Of a stretch of 64,000 bases of DNA, positions 52,191-64,000 are shown one piece after another. Made by a program: the position numbers and the translations under genes. Positions within the stretch are counted from its first letter, which is position 1. Each line of letters begins with the position of its first letter. Source of the DNA: Epiperipatus broadwayi (Eukaryota > Animalia > Onychophora); NCBI GenBank assembly GCA_028023455.1, contig JAQFVV010000002.1:13702001-13766000 (forward strand), given 5' to 3'. The notes under the pieces are model-generated. The model did no database searches. It saw nothing but the letters and a program-made list of their open reading frames with translations, and was not told the DNA's origin.

Positions 52191-53290
52191 TAGTGATAAT
52201 GATATATTAAATGTTATAATGTGTTGGATTATTTCCATCATCTACCATTAAATGTTGAATGTCTAGAATTTTTAACTTTTCAAATACAAACAACTATTAG
52301 TACAAATAGGCAACACAGGTTAATAGATAACAATGTTTTGAGTGGTATTATTCTCAGCTCTTCTTCAGGTGTTGCTGGCCTGATTAGTGACAGTATTAGC
52401 ATAAGAGTCAAACTCACTTTTAGATCCTTGAATATCAAATTTTAAAGCAATGCTCTAACCAACTGAGCTATTCTTCAAAGGCAACAGTTAGTAGAAATTT
52501 CATATACTTATCTGTGAAGGTTGATTCAAATTCACCTGATTTCTCCACTTTATTTATTTATATTACTTTTTTCTAAGAACAGAGTTAATTATAGGTTTCC
52601 AGATATTATGTATTGTCACACTGGGTTGACTTATAGGATTATTTGCCATTATCATATAAGCATTTTCTTCTTTGCATCTTTAACTCTCTATTCAATATTT
52701 TTGTATTTTCTCAATCGAATACAAATTAATGGTTAGAAAAAAAAAACAGATGGGTCTACAGTATCGAACCATATATGTACTAAAGAACTATGTTCAATTG
52801 GGAAAATATAAAAATACTGGATAGAGAGGAAAAGTTACAAAAAAAATTCAAAGAAACTGCTCATAAGACAGTGGCAAATAATCCTATAAGTCAATCCAGT
52901 AAGGCAATACATAATATCTGGAAGCCTCTAATTAACCTTGCTCTTAGAAAGAGGTAATATATAAATAAAGTGGAGGATTCAAGCGGATTTGAACCAACTT
53001 TCAGTTAAGTACATGAAATTTCTACTGATTGTTGCCTTTGACAGAATAGCTCAGTTGGTTAGTGTTGCCTTAAAATTTGATATTCAAAAATCTAGATGTA
53101 AGTTCGATTCCTATGCTAAAATTGTCACTGGTCAGGCCAGCAACACCTGAAGAAGAGCGGAGAATAATGCTACTTGAAATGTTATGTATCTACTAATCTA
53201 TATTGTATGTTATTATTAACAGTTGTTTGGATTTTGTAGACATTCAACATTTAATGGTAGATGAAGGAAATAGTTCAACATATTATAACT
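52190..53290. mobile_element. Inverted pair of a repeat with internal tRNA-like A/B boxes and a hammerhead-like motif
   Basis: Arms ~52190-52555 and ~52960-53290; A box TAGCTCAGTTGG (53047-53058), B box GTTCGATTC (53102-53110), CTGAAGA..GAGCGG..GAAA (53147-53179). Confidence 0.7.
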
Positions 53291-53588
53291 CTATATAAAT
53301 ATTTAATATCTTACGCATTTTATTAATTTTTTTTTTCTGAATCTGCAATTAATGTGGATTTTATATACAACAAATTTACTTGCAATATTATTTTTTAGAC
53401 TTAGTAATTGCAACAACAGTTCAGATTCTGTGTTGCACTTCAATATCTATTTCTTCTACTTTTTAAAAAGCTACTAAAAACTCACATTCAAATTGATAAT
53501 CATCCAAGGTAAAAGTTAATGATTTTTCTTCTATCACTATCTATATAAAAGACTATTGTCTTTTAAATATTAAAACTATCGGCTAAAT

Positions 53589-55069
53589 CAGCGTTTCCCA
53601 ACCTGTGGTACGTGAGTTGCTGGTACATGAAAAATAATCAATAATGGTGGACATAAAAAAAAAAAAAAATTAAATCATAAAAATATCATAGAAACTTTTT
53701 TTCCTATAATTCATAAAAAATATTTTAATGAATAATATTATACAGTAAAGTTGTTAATATGTACAGTCGATGATTGAAAGTGCACTTTTAAATTTAGCTG
53801 TTAGCCACCAGTAACTTGAGATGTCGCCGCCACTGCTGTCATAGTGCTGCACTCTCATTCACTTCACCGCATGGCTTACAAGTGACAGGTTATTGTTTGT
53901 GATTGTATCGTCTTTGTTTATTAAAATTCATTGATCCCTATATAACCTGCTTATTCGAACTTAGACAAGAAGCACAGGTTTTTTTTTTAAGACAATCCTT
54001 TTGATTTCTCTTCGAAATTGTATGATTTTGATTGGCTTCAGGTGCTTGCATATTTATCTGATATTTTTTGCAAATAAATGAACTTAAATTTGACACTTCA
54101 GAATAACTTGATAACGATCTTTAATGTTAATGATAAAATTGAAAGTATGATTAAGAAATTAGATTTTTGGAAACAGTGTATTGAAAACAATCAACCGGAA
54201 AAATTCGAAACTCTACATATTTTTTTGTTTGAAAATAAGGTTAGTCTGTCTCAAGATATACAGAAAATATAATAGCACATTTAACAGGATTAAAATTGTC
54301 TTTCATGGAATATTTTCCAAAACCCAAAAACACAAATGATAAGTGGATTTCAAACCTCTTCTATGAAGAAAATTTAGAAAAAGCTACATCATTATCAATA
54401 AAAGAGAAAGAAAATTTAATAGAATTATCGACACAATCTAATTAATTTTGGTTAAACATTAAAGAATATGAACAGTTTTCTGAGAAAGCTCTTAAATTAT
54501 TATTACCATTTACTAGTATGGAATTAGTAGAAAGAGCTTTTTCTTCATATATTTTTTTTTAAAAAAAGTATTGAAACAGATTGAATGCAGCTGTAGACTT
54601 AAGGGTATATCTTGCATCTTCTGAACCAAATTTCAAAAAATTATGTTCTTCGAAACAAGCACAAGGATCTCATTAAATTTATTTTATAAAAACATTTGAT
54701 TATGATAAAAAAATATATTAATTGGGTTTTTATAATTTTGTGTTTTTATTAAAACCATTTATTAGTAAATGAAAAATGACAAAATAGTAGATAAATATGA
54801 TACTTTGAACAAACACATACATATATGTTACAGTGAGTTTATAATTTCAGTGAGTTTATAATCCAGCATGACGTTTAGGCATGTTACAATGTAATTTGTC
54901 TCATTATGTGATGTGAATACATGGTCACCCTATAATATGTATAATGCAAATAAAATAACACACTCGCAATAACAAATTTCACAAAATACAATCATTTTTA
55001 CGAAGTGGTACAATTTAGCATAATATAATACCAAGTGGTACGTGAGCCAAAAAAGGTTGGGAAACGCTG
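53589..55069 (+). mobile_element. Internally deleted hAT (Charlie/Buster-like)
   Basis: TIRs CAGCGTTTCCCAACCT / AGGTTGGGAAACGCTG; perfect 8-bp TSD ggctaaat; transposase C-terminal remnant LAYLSDIF...KKLDFWK (54040-54680). Confidence 0.93.
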
Positions 55070-56413
55070 GGCTAAATAAAGAGCCAGCATTTTTTTAATA
55101 TTAATAATAAAACCAAATCTTTAAAGCTACATTCAAAATTTTTAATCATATTCTGTAGACCATCTTTTCAATTGGTAAGAATAACATAATAATAAGTATA
55201 ATGAAAATCCAGAAGCTAAGAAGATGAAGTTTTTATTTTTACTTGTAACTGCTTTAAATTAAAAATTACAACATCAAATACAATCACATCTTGGTGTTTT
55301 ATGAAGACCACTAATCATAAAATTAGAGTTAATTACACATCCTTGTTTAATAAGTTTTTCTTTCAAAAGCCTAATTTTCAATCAGTAGTAATATAGAAGA
55401 TGAAAAGATAATAGCCAAATATAATAGTTTAAAAACTTCTCAAACTTTATTAAGATATATATATATTCAAAACAGCATTTAGTAATTGTTTATATTTATT
55501 AAATAACTGCCCTTAAAATATAAATTAAGATATTTCAAGGCAATAAAGCTTTGATCTCAGGTTATTTTCAGCATCTGAATATTAGATTAATATTTAAGAA
55601 AAAAGAAATAAAGTTTAATAATTTTTGATTTACAATAAAATATTTTTATCCCGGACACTAAATCCAAATATTAATGTATAAAGCAGTTAGATATCTTTGA
55701 AATTACACTAACACCAAACGAAATAAAGAATAAATTCACCAAGATAAAGATATGATATTAAGTGCTGTTGATTATTATCGAAATAATTTTTTTTCATCAA
55801 CAAATATCAAGAATAGATAGATGGTAACAATACAAAAAAGCTCTATAACTCAATACTAGAATATCGAAGTCATAATGTTATACAATTAAGACATTTGCGC
55901 AACATTATTCCACTTATTTTTCAGTTTTCTTTTTTTTATAAATATACGAACTTATCAAAGTAACTGATTAATTTTTATATAGATTAAGTGCTCCCAAATC
56001 TTAGAGAATTCCATTTACACTCTTTAAATTTCTATTTTTTGGGGGCACTTTTAAGATCAGTTTTTGGTACAACAATTCTGAATTACTAATTTTTATGCAT
56101 ATATATATTAATATGAAAGAAAACTCCAAGACACTTTATACATAACGTTTAAACTTCTAAACAATTACATTACTTAAATTTAGATAATATTTAATGCTTC
56201 TTAATTATATCATCGATCGGTATCCAGAGAAATATGGCAGAATTAAGTTGCGCAGTAAATGACATCCGGGCTTTATTAGTAACATTTCAGTAATGGCGGG
56301 GATAGTTGGCATCTAGGTATGCTTTCAAGTATTTAATAAATTTTCTCACACATATGTTAAGTTAAAAATTACTAACTTTCTCCCGCTTTAATGATTGAAT
56401 TTAAAGTTTGATA

Positions 56414-56581
56414 ATGCAGAATGTACTATACAGTTCTTCTTCAGACAGTGGAAAACAAGTGAATAGTGTTGAAGTTTTTCAAACCCATTTGAGCACGTCA
56501 TCTGAAGGACAAAGTCATAATTCTGTTGAGCAAAATTTCATGGCGGAATTATCCGATAGTGAAGATGATGATGTTTCAGAG
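56414..56581 (+). CDS. Candidate first coding exon of an unidentified gene (56 codons, Ser/acidic)
   Basis: ATG...ELSDSEDDDVSE ending at GAG|GTAAGA donor; possible upstream intron 56317-56406; locally CpG-retaining. No downstream exons or homology established. Confidence 0.3.
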
Positions 56582-58924
56582 GTAAGATTTTCTTTGTAAA
56601 TAATCTTGATTTTCTAAGATAAATTGTGACATTTCTAAACAGTGTTTGTTATGTCATTTTTTTTTTTTAATGTATTCAAATGTACTCTTGAATTGGGACG
56701 TCAATATAAACTTGATATTAACATATGTAACATAAAGCATTTTAAGAAGTACATTTGTATAGTAGGATTTAGGTTTACACATCTGTTAAAAAAATATTAT
56801 AGATCTTCTAGTTACGCATAATTTGACCATTTGTTCCGAATTTTTGATTTCTTAAAAGTCATATATTTACTAAAATGGCTTCCTAATCCATCCGCCATTT
56901 TGGAAAGGGTCAGATAAGGTCAGTTTTATATCTATTTCTTAAATAAATAAAATTTTAAGAAAGATTTAATAGTGAACTTGTACCAGGAAAAGTATGACTA
57001 ATTGGTTGAAAAATATTTACACATTTTTTGAAGTTACTGGCAATCAATTCTAATATGCCAATAAAAGGCTTTTATTAACGGTATTACGATTACGTTTATT
57101 TATTTTTAAACGTTATGTAAAATATTTAATAAATAATCTGAACCTGTTAAAAATGATATTGTAATGCATTCATTTTTTTATTCTTCTCTATTTAATTATT
57201 GTTACTATAATTGTACCACTTAGTTTATATATGTAAACGAGCTATTAGAAAGTATTGAGTTGGGGAGGGGGGACATTTATTCTGGAATTACATTTAAGGA
57301 TGAAAATACTTTATTATATTTAATTTTGATGCGAATTTATTTTATTTATAATAAATTTCATAAGAGAATACTGTCTTTATTCTATGAAACATGACGCAAA
57401 AAAAAAAAAAAAAAGCTTAGAAGATCCCTTTTTAAAAATACATGTTTATAATAGGAAAAATTTGGATTCCTTCAATTCTGTTGTAGGTAAAAGTAATGTA
57501 TCATATTTATAAAGAAATATTAAATAGCTAAGTATCAGAAGTAAGAATTTTTAAGCAACGGAATAAGTACTATGACCAAATGATAGCGTTTTAACCGTTG
57601 TTGGTAATGGTATATCGTAGCTAGCCACTATTTTAATATTTTTGTAGCATTTTCTATTTCCACCAAAATGTAATTTTTGATAAAATATTATATAGTATCT
57701 GCCACTCAGCATATTTGAAATCAACCCAAAGTTTAAATTTAACAAATTCTGTAATAAAATATTAAAATTATCTGAAGCATTTTTTTATTTTTAAAAATCC
57801 ACATTTTTGTCAGAGATTGTTTTCAAATGATTTACTTTCTATTAGTCATTATTTTTAAATTATAATGTTGCATAATTTGCACTTGATTTAGTTTAATTAT
57901 TAGTTTGATTATTACTATTCAATATTTAGACATGTAACTACAATTGGTTTCATCTACATTTTTTTTTTTTTTTGATGCATTCCTTTCTGATTCAGTTCTC
58001 CAGAATAGAGATTAAGAAACTCAATTTTATTAAAAGGCCAGATAATAAATGTTTAGACTTTGTGGATACATTTTTTTTGGCTGCTGCAATCAAACAATTT
58101 ATTGACCAAGTTTTTTTTTTTGCTTGGCTAATTAATGACATTTGAAAATCCAATTTTGGCTTGCAATCTTAAATAGTTTTTATCTTTTTTTTTTTTACAA
58201 AGGCAGCTTTGGTAAGATATTCTGTTTTAATACTTAATAGCATCTTTTTTTATTTTTGCAAAGAAATTCTGCTATGATATGTTTCATTTAAAAATTTTTC
58301 TAATTTGCTTTCATGTGAATTGAGAATATTGTTAATGAATTTGTTAATGAATTTGTATTCTTTAAGCCTATAATGTTAGTGCTAGTATAGAATTTTTTCC
58401 CTATTCAATTTGATAAAATAATCCATACAATGTGTATGTATTGGTAATAAAAATAAAATCTCATCCTATGATTAAATAGTCTTTGAAAAATAGAAAACTG
58501 TTCACATATCACCACTCAATTAATTGTAAGGAGTTGTAGATAATAGATAAATCAATGAAGGTAGCTATCCTATAAAACTATGTAAATTAAAATTTTATAC
58601 ATTGGCACAAAAATTATTCCTTCCGCACCCTATTTATTTGAAATGTAAAAATAGCATTAACCTAGACTGTCAAGAATGAACCTAGTTGCATAATCTTGTC
58701 CCAGAATATGAAATAGTCATTTTGTCTTTCTGATAGTAAAGTAATTGTATACTAGTTTACATTCTGTCCTCGGATCGCAAAAATAAACATAAAAAATTTG
58801 TAACAATTTTTTTTTTCACAAGCAATTCTTATTACTTTTTATAATGAATGCTTTAAATCAAAAATTAGTTTTGTTGACAGTGATTTATGGGACTTATTAG
58901 TATTTTTATTTTATATTAGATTAT

Positions 58925-59460
58925 TGTTTCTCACAAATATATCATTATCATTATCATCCATTATCACTCCACTGCAGGATGAAGGTCTCTCCAAGTTCAA
59001 ACCATCTTTTCCGATCTTTAGCTTCTCCACATCATCCCTGCACACTTTGTTATTTCATCCATCCATCTCACATGTGCTCTTTCTGGGTCTTTTACAATCT
59101 CTTGGAATCCAGTTTAAGATTTCAATTGTCCATCTATTATTATCTCTTATAGCAATATGTTCAGCCCAACTCCACTTGAGTCTTTTACTTTTTTCAATGA
59201 GATCAGTAACACCTGTTTGTTCACTTAACCATATATTGCGTTTTCGATCTCTTCTATCCTAACATGCATCTCTCCATACTTCTTTTGAGTAGTCTGAAGT
59301 TTCTGCATTGTTCTTCTATTAAGTGTCCAAGTCTACATGAAATTAAATTTATGAAGAAAGGAAAGGCTCCAGGTAATGATGGAATTATAATTGATATATT
59401 AAAAGAAGCAGGTGAAGAAATAGAATTTTTTTTAGCAAAGTTATATACCAATTGTCTCAA
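58925..59460 (-). mobile_element. RTE LINE 3' end with an inverted 5' segment
   Basis: Minus: KRLKWSWAEHI..RWT..LNWIPR...LGETFILQW then (GATAAT)n tail. Plus 59350-59460: MKKGKAPGNDGI. Confidence 0.85.
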
Positions 59461-59486
59461 ATATATATATTATATTAAAAAATATA

Positions 59487-60365
59487 AATGAGAGAGTGCA
59501 AATCTCTCAAGCACTTATGACTACAACCAGCCAATCAAATCTTAAGCACTGGGACAGAGAATCTTAATAAGAAAAGAGCGGTTCCACTCTCTTCTTTACT
59601 TGTCTTCATATATATCCAAACCAGTCCAAAGTACTTATATTTGAAAGCGTGAATCTTAAATATCATCACACTTAATTAACTGAAATCAAATTATAAACAT
59701 ACAGCGTGAAATCTTTCGATTTACTACGCAGTAGTTTTTTCGATGTTATAAATTTTGCAGCAATATATGTAAATAATATTATTTTTATAAAGCGCAGTCG
59801 ATATTGAAATAAATGAGAGAGTGCAAATCTCTCAAGCGCTTATGACTACAACCATATAAGTACTTTGGACTGGCTTGGATATATATTAAGACAAGTAAAG
59901 AAGAGAGTGGAACCGCTCTTTTCTTATTAAAATTCTCTGTCCCAGTGCTTAAGATTTGATTGGCTGGTTGTAGTCATAAGCGCTTGAGAGATTTGCACTC
60001 TCTCATTTATTTCAATATCAACTGCGCTTTATAAAAATAATATTATTTACATATATTGCTGCAAATTTATAACATCGAACAAACTACTGCGTAGTAAATC
60101 GAAAGATTTCACGCTGTATGTTTATAATTTGATTTCAGTTAATTAAGTGTGATGATATTTAAGATTCACGCTTTCAAATATAAGTACTTTGGACTGGTTT
60201 GGATATATATTAAGACAAGTAAAGAAGAGAGTGGAACCGCTCTTTTCTTATTAAAATTCTCTGTCCCAGTGCTTAAGATTTGATTGGCTGGTTGTAGTCA
60301 TAAGCGCTTGAGAGATTTGCACTCTCATTTATTTCAATATTGACTGCGCTTTATAAAAATAATAT
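59487..60365. mobile_element. Family D young non-coding insertion (~325-bp monomer, tandem + inverted), ~14-bp TSD
   Basis: TSD tattaaaaaatata at 59473-59486 and 60366-60379; period ~325; strand switch at ~59851; copies nearly identical. Confidence 0.85.
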
Positions 60366-60563
60366 TATTAAAAAATATAGTGATATATAGTGCTGGAATG
60401 TAAATTTGAGTTGAATAGCTATATATAAAAAAAGAAAATGTGATAATTAGCTATTAGAAGATATCGGAAAGAAGGATTAGTTTTTTTTTTTTGCTTGCAT
60501 CTTTTTTTTTTTTTTTTTTTTACCACACTATGAATTATATTAACTTTTATAAAGAAAAATTAG

Positions 60564-60829
60564 TTATAACATATAATAACAATATTCCACTCTTCTTACA
60601 CTTTAAAGCAAAATATATTTATTAATTTTACAGTTTCGACTGTTTCTAGCAGTCTTTGTCAGATCTATAAAATCTAAACATATCATTACAAACATATTTC
60701 ATACATATATCTATTATAATGTTACAATTTTACCAACTTAATTATTAACATCACTTTAACTGTAAAATTAATAAATACATTTTGCTTTGAAGTGTAAGAA
60801 GAGTGGAATGTTGTTATTATATGTTATAT
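60564..60829. mobile_element. ~70-bp inverted repeat enclosing a hammerhead-like motif (family E)
   Basis: Minus 60662->60628: CTGACAA A GACTG ctagaaa CAGTC GAAA CTGTA; arms 60564-60635 / 60758-60829. Confidence 0.6.
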
Positions 60830-63800
60830 AAAAAAAGCAAAAATAAAGAAGGAAAGAGGAAGAGAAAGTATTGAAGAAAAATTAGTTATTTTTAATTATA
60901 GTTCTCATAAAAATTTAATTTTACTAGATTATTTGTTTTTTTTTGTTTTTTTTACTTCATATTCTTATTTCATTCTTAGTTGTGGGATTTCATTACACAA
61001 GTTCCATAACCATTTAGTAATGACTAATAAGGTACGACATAAACGAATGAACATAGGATATTCTGGATCCTAATGTAGTTAGAAACAAAAAATGTCATCT
61101 TATCTTGAATCATTATCTGCACAAATACAATTTTGGTTCCTTAACTAAGTATGCATTCTTTTTTAATTTACATAGAGATCTAAATATTCTAATTTTACCC
61201 TTTCAATTATAGTCTTTTAAAGTGCAACATTTTTTTTTTGTGTGTGTAATATAATGCTTAACATAATAAACATATTTTAAAATGATAAGCAAATAAAAAT
61301 TTATCAATATAAAGACTAAGAAAAAATATAAACTATTCAACTGCTATTTATACTATTTAATAATTTCATTTCAAACTTATAATTATCATAGTTTTTTTTC
61401 AAATATAAACAATATTAAATCTGACTTTACGCATAATTATGAAACTATTCCAGTGATATTTGATGGAATTTAATATAACAAACTTTATAGTTACATTGCA
61501 ACATTAACTATAGTAATATAATTTAAGTTTTAAACTATCTAGCTGTAGCAATAATACAATTCTTAAAAGTATCCAGGCATTGACATAGCAATTACACAAT
61601 CACTATTTCTTAAACCTTAAATTTTAGTAATTTCTCATATATATATATTGTGACTGAAGATATAATATTAAGGCTTAATTTTGCATTGGTTGCATTCAAA
61701 TTAATTATAACTTTAAATTCTAAGTCAAATAAATCTTGTCTCATCCTTATCTTTGGTTTGCTAAATTTACAATATTATGAAGCCAGATTATTTAATGTTG
61801 ATGAATCTTTTATTTAACATGCAGTTATAATGTGAAGGGAAATTTTATTATACCTCAGTTTCATTGTCTCATTTAGAAAAGAATATTTTAAAAATAGGAT
61901 AATATTGCAAAATATATAAAAATGTACTTACATAAATGTGTTTTTATTCTCTCTCTTTATATAGCGTGTACATACATACTATCAAAAATAGCTGAGGTGC
62001 CATAGGTAAATTTTACTACTAAATATAACACCGTTAAAGACTTGTTCATCATCATTAATGTAAGTAATTGAGACTGTTATCTTGGACATAGATCTTAATT
62101 GAATTTAACATGTATTCAAAGAAAACAACAAATGTAAAAAAAATATATTGTTTATTAACTGAGCACAAAAGAAAATATATTTCAATTCGGAGAAATATCA
62201 ATGTGAGACGAATGCACCTATTTGAAATTTATATGAAATTTTTTACTATCTATTCACTTTTGATGCCTTACTTGAGAGAAGAAAAGAATAAACTAATATT
62301 AAATATATATAATGTTAAATCAATACAGTATAAAAAAATTCTATTTACTATTTAAGATAAAGTGTGTATACTTAAATATATGTATACATGTTAACAGATG
62401 TTTGTTCATCAAATATCTCTATGAAAGTTAGTATACAATTATATAAAAAAATTGTATTACGTACATGCTAGGATGTATGTATGGCTGCCAAGCATAACAA
62501 AAAAAAAATATTTCTCTCTGAATATGAGATTTTAAAGATTGTTTTGTTTCAATATTAAAAAAGTGTACGATTTAATTAGCATAAATTTTCAATGAATCTA
62601 GTTAAAAAATACATTATTTCAAAATATGGAGAGCAGTCAATACCCAATGCTGCCATAAAAGTAAATATTTTATTTTAAAAATATTTCAATATATAAATGG
62701 GAATATTACAAACTATCCTACCATATCCAGATATATAAAATGTGCTTGAGAGTATAGTTCTTTCTTAAGCAAAAACTTTTAAGCACAATAAATATTTAGA
62801 GATAATCTCTCCTAAAACAATCACTTTATTGATTAAAATGTGAGTTTCTTATAACAGAAATAATATAAAGTTTTATCAAATCATGAAGTATTTTCAGATA
62901 AGGTAAAAATAAAAATTTATGACTAAGCATTTTCGGATACTTACATTTACATTTAAAAGGTTTTTTTAATTCTGTAACTCTATCAAAACTTATAACTATC
63001 CAGATAAAATGCTAATATAAAGCTTCAAAACCCTATTGTAATTAATTTGTCCATTTTCGTATTTTCGGAATATTTTTTCTTATTTCTACAGTTTTTTTTT
63101 TCTTATTTTTTTAATTTTTATATAAAATTAATAATACCAGCAAGAACAAAACAACAGCAACAATTTAATTTAAAGTTTTTAATGATGATTGATAGATGAT
63201 TAAAGTGAGTTATATAGTTCCATGCAGATTTTGAAATAGATAATTTGTATGATGGATTTTGAATTTATTTTCTCTGGATATGTTAGAATCGATAAATTAT
63301 TGCTTGGAAAAGTTTTTATAGTCATATGATAAATATTTTAACCATGAAGAATTGATACAGATAAAATCATTATCGCATAGAATTATTTCTTTACTTTATA
63401 GATTTCTTCTTAATGATATTAACTTAAATAAATAGAATATAACAATAAATGCGAAATTTTACGTAAACATGTAGGTGAATATATGAACAGTTCTCATTTA
63501 GTTTTTTTAAAAATATATTTCATCAGCAAGCTTTAAACTGTTGATAAAGCAGGGAAATACATTTTCCAAAATTCATAGTTATTAATATTTTTTTATTATT
63601 ATTAGCTATGAGTATTAAAAGCAATTTATAGAGATTTTTGCAAGTTTTAGGTAAAGTTTCACTTCAAAATTAGCTCAAAGTTTTTCGAGGAATTTTAATA
63701 AATTAAAAAAAATGCTAAGTGATTATTTTATCAATTCATTAGTATATTCCCACTTTCATTATTAACTTTATTTTAATTGTTATGGTCTTTAGACTATTCA

Positions 63801-64000
63801 TGATAAAGTTAATTAAAATGAGAAACAATTTATCTTTAATTAGATATATTAGGAAATAAAATATAGAATAATTAAGAAACCTTTCTGTTTTACAATTAGA
63901 AATAAATTTTCTCTTTCTGTGTTGTAGGCCAGTGGTCATGAATTTTTTTACATGTGCATACCCAAAATTTCCAAAAAATATTTATTGAATGATTGGCATG

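Noticed and set aside
60990-62010. Possible host exons (minus ~61010-61075; plus ~61964-62005)
   Set aside because: Plausible splice signals, but a weak donor or stops in all frames, and no recognisable protein.

Overview
Very AT-rich, CpG-depleted eukaryotic (probably animal) DNA made almost entirely of nested transposable elements; no host gene can be established. Most elements are decayed: Penelope-like retroelements (PLE; RT and GIY-YIG fragments), three hAT transposons with termini and 8-bp TSDs, a full-length Ty3/Gypsy with both LTRs and a 5-bp TSD, two further LTR-element remnants, RTE and other LINE fragments, a Tc1/mariner-type MITE and tRNA-derived SINEs. The only long intact ORF is a 5'-truncated L1/Tx1-type ORF2 (31088-33985, minus). 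It sits inside a ~5-kb element with ~500-bp TIRs and an 8-bp TSD (30187-35163). The most striking unannotated signal is a set of short insertions built from tandem plus inverted copies of a monomer and bounded by 13-14-bp TSDs. Several carry minimal type I hammerhead ribozyme motifs, at least five motif families in total, suggesting a Penelope-mobilised, retrozyme-like system. Long inverted repeats and palindromes are pervasive. All calls are by eye; boundaries of decayed elements are approximate.
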